From assembly GCA_964016885.1 (NCBI GenBank), contig OZ024743.1:89032001-89096000 (forward strand): a stretch of 64,000 bases of DNA. The letters run 5' to 3'. The stretch's first letter is position 1; each line of letters begins with the position of its first letter. Below, piece after piece: positions 52,696-63,489 of this stretch. The DNA comes from Eledone cirrhosa (taxonomy: Eukaryota). Position numbers and translations under genes: made by a program. A model generated the notes under the pieces. That model was not told the origin of the DNA. It made no database searches and was given only the letters and a program-made list of their open reading frames with translations.

Positions 52696-53654
52696 CTAAT
52701 GTGATATGTCCTTACATAAAACAATAGGGTGTGCTTTTTGAGGGAGATGTGACTGCAATTTCTGGTAAACCGAGTGACCATGTAGATGATGTTGGGTGTT
52801 GAGAGAAAGCTGTTGAGGAAGGGACCATTGACTGAATGCATTTCCTTTGGTTTTAGCACTGGGACCTCCTTCCTTCCTTTCTACCCTACCACCCTCAGGA
52901 GATACATTTTATCTTACCTGACTGAGGAACTCATAGGAATCACTGCCAACATCTTCCTACCCCCTGCCTCCAGGATGGTGTATGTGAGCAGTGGGGAGAA
53001 TGGTATAAGGGGTAGAAGTATGAATATAGGGTATGATAAAGGGGTGGTGAATTTGTCTACAACCCTTCATTATCATCATCATCATGAGTATCATCACCAT
53101 ACAAATTTACTACTCTGCCCCCTCCCTCGCACTGATTTTATTTGTTCCCCCCAACCGCCACATTCCACACTTTCTCATCACACCCTTTCATCGCCCTACC
53201 GACTCTCATCACCCCCGCATTCATCACCTCTTTTTCTCATCACACCTTATTTAATCCCCCCGCCGAACGTATTTCCTTCTGTCATCCTCCACCCTCACCC
53301 CTCGTTCGCCCCTATTTCATCTCCTCCATCCTCACCCACCACATTCTCCCCCCTCCCTCCTTCGTTCTCTCAACTACGGGTGCATGTCATGTGTAAAATA
53401 TTACCGTAGTTAATCGTTCAGTCATGTTGTCTCACCCTTGCCCCTGCTTCTCTATGGAAATCTCTTTCTATTGTTATCTTCCCTTCCTCTCTCCCTCTCT
53501 ATTGTTGTCTTTCCCTCCTCCCTTCCTCTCTCTTTATATTGTTGTCTTCCTCCCCTCCCTCCGTTTCTATTCTGTTCAGAGAGTAACCATTAAGTAACCA
53601 TCTCTCCTCTTCTTGGTAACATCTCATCCTCATTCAAACGATATATTATTACGC

Positions 53655-54000
53655 ACTGTGGCGTTATCACTGCTATAGTGGCTCCACCTTACATCGGAGT
53701 GTAAACACTGCAGCAGTAACTTCCCCTTACATCGGAGTGCAGCCACTGTTACGGTGATTTCCCCTCTACATCGGAGTGCAGTGGTTACTTAAGTGGCCCT
53801 CCTACCTCCTTCTACACCGAGGTGCTGTATATAAAGCTACACTACTATATAACCTTCGCACAAGGCCGGAGTGCACCCTTCCCCCCCCAAACTCCACGAT
53901 CGAGTCAAAGTACAGTCGTTGCAGGCACACTATTATTGGCAGTGGCTCCCTCATACGCCGGAGTGCAGACATCACAGCTACACTTGTATAACTTCCCCCC
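53655..54000. repeat. Degenerate ~35-40-bp tandem repeat
   Basis: Recurrent ttcccct.tacatcggagtgcag. Confidence 0.65.
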
Positions 54001-54154
54001 TATTTAAGGTAATTCATGTTTCCTTTTCTCTCTCTCTCTCTCACACCATCTTCATTCATCGGTGACAATTGTTTTGATAACACACCCTGTTATTAACTGT
54101 ATGTGTGTATATACACATACATACATACATACACATGATGCAGTAATTTCATGG

Positions 54155-54185
<31 letters not shown>

Positions 54186-54883
54186 TGTATGTATGTATGT
54201 ATGTATGTTTATGTATGCATGTTTATGTATGCATGCATGCATGCATGTGTGTGTTGTTTATCACTCTAACGTATTTCCTGTCACTGTTTTAACCTTCGTT
54301 GTGGCGCGACATTACATGCGGACCACGACATTGCGGAGCTACAACAACAACAGCTACTACTACTACTACTACTACTGCTGCTGCTGCTAAAACCATAGTG
54401 TCCAAAGTCTGATCTCAGAAAACCAAACCCGGAATGAGAAAGCTTCTACCAACACCACAGCAGATATATAACATTGCTATGTGTATATTCTATAGTGTTG
54501 CTGTTGTTGCTGTTCATTAGATTAAATAGCAGGTGCATCTCCGAATAAGTTGGTGCAGTAATAGCTAGTTCTTGCTGACGTAGCTGCACAAGGCACAAAA
54601 TTATATAATACTTCATCTGCATACAAATAACACCACATTTATAGAACTGCATTCAGCTGCACTTATAGCTAACCTATTTGCACAATGCAGACTTCATGCA
54701 TGCATGCATGTTTTATTCTTTTAGACTGTAGCCATACTGGTGCACCACCTCCATTTAGTCGGTCACATCGACCCCAGAACTTATTTTTTTAAAGTCTAGT
54801 ACTTATTTTATAGATCTCTTTTTTTTTTTGTCGAACCGCTGATAAACACAGACACACACACACGTACATCATTGTTTAATATA

Positions 54884-54944
54884 GAAATGACTTCTACAGG
54901 ACTAGAACTGTTTCATTCGTATGAAATCATCAGGAATTACACTC
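54884..54944 (-). ncRNA. Type I hammerhead ribozyme
   Basis: Reverse complement GAGUGUAAUUC-CUGAUGA-U-UUC-AUAC-GAA-U-GAAA-CAG-UUCUAGUC-CUG-UA-GAAGUCAUUUC: intact core, stem II UUC/GAA, stem III CAG/CUG, stem I UUC/GAA with imperfect extension. Confidence 0.72.
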
Positions 54945-55438
54945 TACTAATGTATTGCGTACCTTATTAACTGTGGTTACCTCCCATTAACTCGGGATCT
55001 ATACACCCCCCCCCCCCCACACACACACATATATATATATATATGGACGTTAAATGGTGATCACACGAGCGGGTGTTGTTTCATTTCTTTCCGGCTTTTA
55101 CTTAATTCTCCACATCCTATGTTCACGTCTCGCCATTGTGCAGCTTTACAATTCTTACACAAACACCATACAATCTACTTCTCCCCCAACATTCTCGCCC
55201 ACACACACATGTAGATAGATAGATGGATAGAGAGAGAATCTTTATTCTTAATGTTGTTTAACCTCAGGCCAGCCCTGATCGAGAAAACCTACAATGCATT
55301 TCAGCACATCTTCTGCTAAGACTATATAGGATGCGACTTTAAGCAGAACTGTCAACCTCTAAAAACCCAAACAGGGAGTACCATGAAAAAAAGTGCCCCA
55401 AAACGGAGAGAAATAAGACAAAGTGGGGAGAATTTAAA

Positions 55439-55621
55439 TAATTGTTTCTACTTTAGGCACAAGGCCAGCAATTACCCAGTGCATTACTGGTACTTTATTT
55501 TATCGACCCCGTAAGGATGAAAGGCAAAGTCAACCTCGGCGGGATTTGAACTCAGATTGTAAAGGGACGTAACTATACTGGAAAGCATGACGTCCGACCC
55601 TCCACCGATACTGCCAATCCA
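55439..55621 (-). mobile_element. tRNA-derived SINE
   Basis: Near-identical to 21183-21365. Confidence 0.82.
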
Positions 55622-56120
55622 CAATGAAAGCTATACCCATTTTTCAAGAGAAGACATCTCTCACTCATCCCAATGTGGGTAGGAGATCTCCCCGTACAAC
55701 GGGGAGAGTTGACAGGTCTGCTTTAAGGGAGATTTAGCTGCTGTTGACCACGTAGAGACACCTTCGTTAGCTGGTAGATACTTTTGTTACCAGCTATTGT
55801 AACATCTTTCACCCCATCTTTACTCTGTTTACTTATTAAACTGTCAGATAGTTCTCCCACCACTGTCAGTTACGACACCTAGGCAACAAAAGCTATCAAC
55901 TACTTCTACAGATCTTTCTGAACAATTGAAAGAAAGCTACGTACGACGTCTCCCTTCTCTGTCAGCCTGTCTGTTATTCCACTACACCTCTTGTGTACCC
56001 CATAGCTTACATTACCTACAATACGGAGTTCTTGCCCATTTACAACATGACACCCACTCTGATGATATCAGGGTCTTGCTTTGTTTCCTGTGAATTATAC
56101 ACACACACTGCTTACATATA

Positions 56121-56169
<49 letters not shown>

Positions 56170-56337
56170 GTTTCTATTTTTGTACTCCTGAAGAAGGGCT
56201 AAAGCCCAACACGTCGAACTTTCTTTCCCCTTTTCCATATAAAGCGTGAAACTAATAAGACTTTTTGTACCTCTGTTGTTTCCTTGAACTGTTGAGTAAT
56301 GGTTTAACCAGTTTCAAACTGAATCCACCCTGATATA

Positions 56338-56787
56338 TCTATATATCTAAAACAGAGAATGTCTGCCTGTCTGTCCCCCTAAAACTCGAAAACCAACCAA
56401 CCGATTTTTTTCAAACTTTACACATGTAATACTTATGGTCGTGTGAGTGTTTTGAGCAAAAAATATTTCAAATTTTCAATGCCGTAGGGACAGCATTAGG
56501 CGAAAAACCGCATATTTTAGGCATAACGGAACAATAATCCAGGCGATTTCTTCAAAATTTGCATTACTTATGTCGTTTAAAGTGTTTTGAGCAAAAAAGA
56601 TTTTCTCATTTTTTGCCCCAGGGAAATTAGGCTAAAAACCGATTTTTGAAGCATTTTGGTTGCGTTAGGGCCTGTAACTCGAGAAGTACCCAACCGATAT
56701 TTTTAAAACTTTGCATATGCATTACTTATGTTTCACAAATTTTCTTGACTGAAAAAGATTTTTAATTTTTGCCCGGGGACCGCATTG
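56338..56787 (+). mobile_element. Helitron 5' fragment (same family as 19921-21182, opposite orientation)
   Basis: Starts a|TCtatatatctaaaacagagaatgtctg; closely matches the reverse complement of 20400-20542 and 21040-21115; no 3' CTAG end recognised. Confidence 0.75.
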
Positions 56788-56903
56788 TTTAGCATTTACT
56801 AAATTCCTTCATGCTCTCCACCACTGCAGTCCCACATGCTTACTGCTCTGTAACTATTGCTTTCATTGTACCGTAGCACAACAAATACATGTTCGGTTTG
56901 TAA

Positions 56904-56931
<28 letters not shown>

Positions 56932-56934
<3 letters not shown>

Positions 56935-57048
56935 AGTTGTAATAAAATGAAAACGAAATTTCATTTCTCACTCTTAGTACGGCACTTACTTAAATGTAAG
57001 TATGTATGTATACGTACATACATATATGTATACAGACGTACAGTAGCA

Positions 57049-57092
<44 letters not shown>

Positions 57093-57563
57093 CAGGTACA
57101 CATACATACATATATGCCGTACTAAGAGTGAGAAATGAAATTTCGTTTTCATTTTATTACAACTTATCGTTTTCGGTACGCCTGGCCGACTGAACTCACT
57201 CGATATGCAAATTAGGCTGCTCAGCCGTTAATTTTCATAAGGAAAGTATATACTTTCGAACGTTCAACCATCTGGCAGAAGGGTATACGGTGCTGATGAT
57301 AGCTAACAAGCTTGAAACTAGTACATCGTTCCTGTGTCAGTGTTGAACAAAAAGGTGACGTGGTTGCCTTAACACCGTACGGCATAAATTCAGGCTGTTC
57401 AGTTTGTTTACAAACGAACAAAGCGGGCGTTATAATAAGCGTCCGCTAAATTGATACGTACATATATGTATGTGTACCTGTATGTATATATGTATATATA
57501 TATATGCAAGCTACTGTACGTCTGTATACATATATGTATGTACGTATACATACATACTTACAT
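56932..57563 (+). mobile_element. Non-coding hammerhead-bearing element with inverted partial copy (retrozyme-like or Penelope-derived)
   Basis: Perfect 53-bp inverted repeat 56932-56984/57115-57167; second inverted pair ~56994-57114/~57461-57563; hammerhead at 57287; embedded in (TA)n. Confidence 0.6.
57287..57329 (+). ncRNA. Minimal type I hammerhead ribozyme (Penelope/retrozyme type)
   Basis: ACGGUG-CUGAUGA-U-AGCU-AACA-AGCU-U-GAAA-CUAG-UA-CAUCGU: intact core, 6-bp stem I (one G-U), 4-bp stem II, palindromic ACUAGU stem III, GUA cleavage triplet. Confidence 0.8.
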
Positions 57564-57571
57564 ATATATAT

Positions 57572-58222
57572 ATCATCATCATCGTTTAATGTCCATCTTC
57601 CACGCTTGCATGGGTTTGGGCGGGAATTTTCCCACTTGAGGCAAGATTGGTTGTCTTGCTCGTATAGGACTGTCTGGCGGGTTTTCTACGGCTGGATGCC
57701 CTTCCTAACACCAACCACGTTTACAGTGTGGACTGGGAGGTTTTTACCGTGTTACCTACACAGCCACATTACAGCGTGGACTGTGAGTTTTTTTTGTTGT
57801 GACACCTACACGACCTCATTTATTTCGGACTGGATGTTGTGGTACCAACATAACTTTACATCGAAAGGGGTGGTGTGGATGGGGTGGGGGTAGTGGGGCG
57901 AGTGTGTATTTTGGTTAAGAGGTGCCTACTGACTGTAGGTTTCGCTTTGTACTTAGGCAAGGCGGGTCGTCTGTATTACTGTGTAGCCCCAAAAATCTCG
58001 GTCCAGTGACATTGTCTTGGAGAGGTGTAAGTGTATAAGGTCGGAATTTATCAAGTCGTCCCAGGTTTTTCTGGGTCTGCCTACTCCGTGGCTACCGTCT
58101 ATTTTTATCGCCCTGCACTTTTTTATACAGCTGTCGTCTTTCATGCGCATCACGTGACCATACCAACGTAGTCTTCTCTCGAGTAAACAACATCTGATCC
58201 CTCTTATTCCTAATTTCTCTCT
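57572..58222 (-). mobile_element. RTE-clade LINE 3' fragment
   Basis: ORF 57953-58246 contains ERRLRWYGHVMRM...GRPRKTW, the RTE ORF2 C-terminus; followed by 3' UTR and (ATC)n tail. Confidence 0.9.
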
Positions 58223-58251
58223 CTCTATATATAAATATATATACAATATAT

Positions 58252-58494
58252 TAACAAATGGAAACTATATTTATAAAACCATATTTATTCTATTATACAT
58301 ATTTCAAGGGCCACCAAGACTATCCAGGAAGCTCCAACCGTTAAGGTTGTCTTTTTTTCAGGGTATGTCAATATTTATTTATAAAACTAATCTGTATTAT
58401 ATTTTATGAATGCGCATCATAATTTGCCTTGGTGGCCCTTAAAATATGTATAATAGAATAAATATGGTTTCATAAATATAGTTTCCATTTGTTA
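58252..58494. mobile_element. MITE/foldback with 67-bp terminal inverted repeats
   Basis: 58252-58318 vs 58428-58494 are reverse complements at 65/67 positions; TA ends. Confidence 0.85.
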
Positions 58495-58657
58495 TCATCA
58501 TCATCATTTTATGTCTGCTTTTCCCTGCTTGCAAGGGTGGGACAGGAACTGATTCTGGCTCGATTTCTACAGCTGGATGCCCTTCCTAACACCAACCTCA
58601 TTTACAGTGAGTGCTGGGTGCTTTTTTGCTGTGGCACCTCCACGACCACTTTACATG

Positions 58658-59545
<888 letters not shown>

Positions 59546-59719
59546 CTCTGTCTTTGGTTTTTCGGACCCATGGCTTTTTACATATCCCTTTGTTATTCCA
59601 ATACCCCTAATGATATCACCGGATTCATATGAAACCCGGTCATTGAAATGATCATAGTATAATAAACCTTTCAAGGATTTACACCAGTCTAACCTCCTGT
59701 TATTTCATTTATATATATA

Positions 59720-59852
<133 letters not shown>

Positions 59853-59855
59853 GGA

Positions 59856-60243
59856 AAAAATGAAACGAAATTTCATTTCCCACTCTTTGTACGGCTGTTA
59901 CTTAAATATAAGTATGTACACGTACATACATATATGTATACAGACGTACAGTAGTATGTATATATATATACATACATACATGCACACATATATATATATG
60001 TACGTATGGATTCACCGAACATTTATTATAATGCTCGGTGTATTTGTAAACAAACATCCCGTATTAAGCCGTAGTGTCCAGCAACCATCGTTGCTCGTTT
60101 GTTTACAAACACACCGAGCATTATAATAAATGTTCGGTGAATCCATACGTACATATATATATGTGTGCATGTATGTATGTATATATATACATACTACTGT
60201 ACGTCTGTATACATATATGTATGTACGAGTACATACTTATATA
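59856..60243. mobile_element. Second copy of the same family as a ~150-bp-arm foldback
   Basis: Arms 59906-60055 and 60097-60243 are near-perfect reverse complements; shares atgaaacgaaatttcatttc.cactctt.gtacggc and tatacagacgtacagtag with the 56.9-kb element. Confidence 0.75.
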
Positions 60244-60798
60244 TAAATATATATATATATATACGCATTCATGCGCTCATCTAGAGCTAGATATGAGTAT
60301 GGACTAGTACACACATATACATACATAGAGACAGGGGGGGGGGGTATATATGTGTATATTATGTCGGTTGACATATCTCACCGTAATATTTTAATCTGCA
60401 GCGAGAGTATGTTTATATATTACCACAGCATCTCGACCTCACCTTATAGACTTTAAACACAAATCCCTCTCCACCTCCATTATCACCCCTAACAACAGCA
60501 ACAATATACACGTGTCTATCCATTCTTCTCTTCTGTCTACATTATCTCGCGTGTCCTCCGTTTTTTTTTTTTTATAAGCTGAGGTGGGATAAAATTTACC
60601 TGTTATTTGTGACAAAGGAATTTGGAAAAGCCCGAGCATGTAGTTGTACTATAGAGTGATATTGAGTGACTGGCAATTTTCTGTATCTTCTTTTTTTTCC
60701 TTTACTTTCAGAGTCAGACAAACTTATATTTATTCACAATTGTATAAATAACATTACAATTTATATATATAATTCTTACAGAATGAAAATAGAGACAA

Positions 60799-60987
60799 AT
60801 AATTGTTTCTGCTTTAAGCACTAGGCCAGCAATTTGAAATGAAGGGGAAAGTCGATTAAATCGACCCAAGTGCTTAATGGTATTTTATCGACCCCGTAAT
60901 TATGAAAGGCAAAGCTAACCTCAGCGAGATTCGAACTCAGAACGCAAAGGGCCGTAACTCTATGCCACGAAGATTGGTGTCCGACAC
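60799..60987 (-). mobile_element. tRNA-derived SINE
   Basis: Same family motifs (accccgtaa..atgaaaggcaaagctaacctc..gaactcagaacg). Confidence 0.78.
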
Positions 60988-61011
60988 AAATAGTATATAC
61001 TATACTTAACA

Positions 61012-61265
61012 AATAATAATAATAATAATAATGAAATTATTGTGTACAGTGCTCAGGTGCACCACAACTCATCAAAAAAGTGCATGTACAGTACATAGGG
61101 CAATGCACAAACATCAGTAAAATGAACAGTGCACGAGTCATGATACACACATGTGTGCATGTGTATGGAAGGGGTACATCAGGTGTAGTTTTGGCGTATT
61201 TCGGGAAGCATGAGTGTCTTAAAGGATGCAGTGTCTCGGCAGCTAACAATTGACGCAGGCAGTTT
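61012..61265 (-). mobile_element. CR1/L2-group LINE extreme 3' end with (TAT)n tail
   Basis: Minus frame reads LPASIVSCRDTASFKTLMLPEIRQNYT*, then a 3' UTR ending aataatttcattattattatt. Confidence 0.6.
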
Positions 61266-61539
61266 GAATATATAATATTAAATCGAAGAAAGAAAAAAAG
61301 GGTTGGGAAGCAAAAACTAAAACGACCATCAAAACGACAATCGGTCACACGTCATAGGGTCAACGGAATTTTTTGAGGCAAGCCAATACGCTCGCAACAT
61401 TACCACACATCTAATGACGACACAGGTGAAGGACGATATACAGACACACCGACATACTGGTTATTACTATTGTGGTATTGTGTGGCATTTGTAGCTTTCT
61501 TGTTTACTTTAAGTGAGGAATTGTCAGACACAGGTGTAG

Positions 61540-62378
61540 CTTGATGGTGGCAATAGTGGTGGTGATGATAGTGGTGGTGATAGTGGTGATAGTGGTGGTG
61601 GTGATAGTGGTGGTGGTGGTGGTGGTGATGGTGGTGGTGGTGGTGGTGGTGATAGTGGTGGTGGTAATGGTGATGATGATGGTGGTGGTGGTGGTGGTTA
61701 TGAGATTGTGTGGCGTTTGTGACTTGTCTATTGTAAGTGATGAATTGTCAGACACAGGTGTAGCTTGGTGGTGGTGGTGGTGATAGTGGTGATAGTGGTG
61801 GTGATGATAGTGGTGATGGTGGTGGTGATGGTGATAGTGGTAATGGCGATGGTGGTGGTGGTGATAGTGGTGGTGGTGATGGTAATAGTGGTGTTGGTGA
61901 TGTGGTGGTGGTGATAGTGGTGGTGGTGGTGATGGTGATAGTGGGGGTGGTGATAGTGGTGGTGATAGTGGTAATGGCGATGGTGGTGGTGGTGATAGTG
62001 GGGGTGGTGATAGTGGTGATGGTGATGGTGATAGTGGTAATGGCGATGGTGGTGGTGGTGATAGTGGTGGTGGTGATGGTAATAGTGGTGTTGGTGATGT
62101 GGTGGTGGTGATAGTGGTGGTGGTGATAGTAGTGGTGGTGGTGATAGGGGTGATAGTGGTGGTGGTGGTGATGGTGATAGTGGTGGTGGTGATGGTGGTG
62201 GTGGTGATGGTGATAGTGGTAATGGCGATGGTGGTGGTGGTGATAGTGGTGGTGGTGATGGTAATAGTGGTGTTGGTGATGTGGTGATAGTGGTGGTGGT
62301 GATAGTAGTGGTGGTGGTGATAGTGGTGGTGGTGGTGATAGTGGTGGTGGTGGTGGTGGTGGTGGTGGTGTTGGTGGT
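61540..62378. repeat. (GGT/GAT/AGT)n low-complexity tract
   Basis: Direct reading; includes a duplicated ~60-bp unique spacer (61478-61545 and 61706-61770). Confidence 0.88.
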
Positions 62379-62641
62379 AATTTAATGTTTAACAGGTGTT
62401 CTGTATTCAAACACTGCCAAAGGAGGTCAACTTAGATTCTTTAAATTATTTCATGTCAATAAAATATGCCAGTTATTGTTGCTGTTGTTGAACCTCAGGC
62501 CTCTCTCTCTCTCTCTGTTTTGTCTTTTTAGATAGTTGTATGTTGTTTTAGGGAGATTCAGCTACGATTTCTAGCTGCTATGTTGTCACAGATAAGTACC
62601 TGTTATACATGTGGGGAGAGGACTCGTATAATACTCCTCAT

Positions 62642-62781
62642 TAGGGCTGGATTTAATGAGGAGCGAAGGTGGCAATTGCCTGGGGGTGGTGGTGTATGTA
62701 TTCTATTTTTTTTTTGTATGAGACCCCCCCCCCCCTCCACACGCCTGGGGTGCCCCCCCCCCCGGTCTAAATTCAACCCTG
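62642..62781. mobile_element. hAT-type MITE
   Basis: Perfect 8-bp TSD CTCCTCAT at 62634-62641 and 62782-62789; TIR tagggctggattta / taaattcaaccctg. Confidence 0.82.
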
Positions 62782-62859
62782 CTCCTCATACATGAATACA
62801 TGAATATTGGTCTTGTGTCTAGTTGAGGAACAGTAGTATTAATTATTAGGTGCTTAGTC

Positions 62860-63255
62860 ACTCTAATTAAGTGAAGCCTCCTCTCTGCTCTTACAGTGTA
62901 TGGTATTAGCTCCCTAGTAATTTAGTGAAGGTCTCTCCCTGGTCACACAGTATATGATGTGAGTACTTCAGTGACAGTCCTTCCCTGCTCTTACAGTGGT
63001 ATTAGGTCCTTAATACTTCAGTGAAAGTCCCTCCCTCAGCTGACAGTGGTCTTAACAGCCTGGTAATTTGGTGTAGGTCCTTCCCTGGTCACACAGTGTA
63101 TGGCATCAGCACTTATTACTTCAATGACTGTGCCTCTCTACCCTTATAGTGTATGGTATTAAGTCCCTAATACTTAAATGGAGGTCCCTCCTATGTCTGA
63201 CAGTGTATGGTATTAGCTCCCGAGTAGTTCAGTGAAAGTCCCTCTCTGGTAATAC
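62860..63255. repeat. Degenerate ~55-bp tandem repeat
   Basis: Recurrent gtgaa.gtc.ctc.ctg...acagtgtatggtattag.tccc.a.ta.ttca. Confidence 0.7.
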
Positions 63256-63489
63256 AATAGATCTTATGAGGACCCTAGTTGGTGTTTCTGTCCTGTAACA
63301 TAGTAGTTTGACAAAAAATAGATTGTTAACATAAGTAGCTGATTTGACAAAGAAATAATACTGGGGTTAATATGATTTGACCAAAGTGGGTTGATGACTC
63401 TGCAATGCAATGACCTGGAACCATTAAAACAATAAGAGAATGCACACTCACACATACACAGGTTCTCTCTCTCTCTCTCTCTATATATA

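Noticed and set aside
52786-53409. 207-aa ORF
   Set aside because: Patchwork of repeat remnants and C/T-rich low-complexity sequence; no domain.
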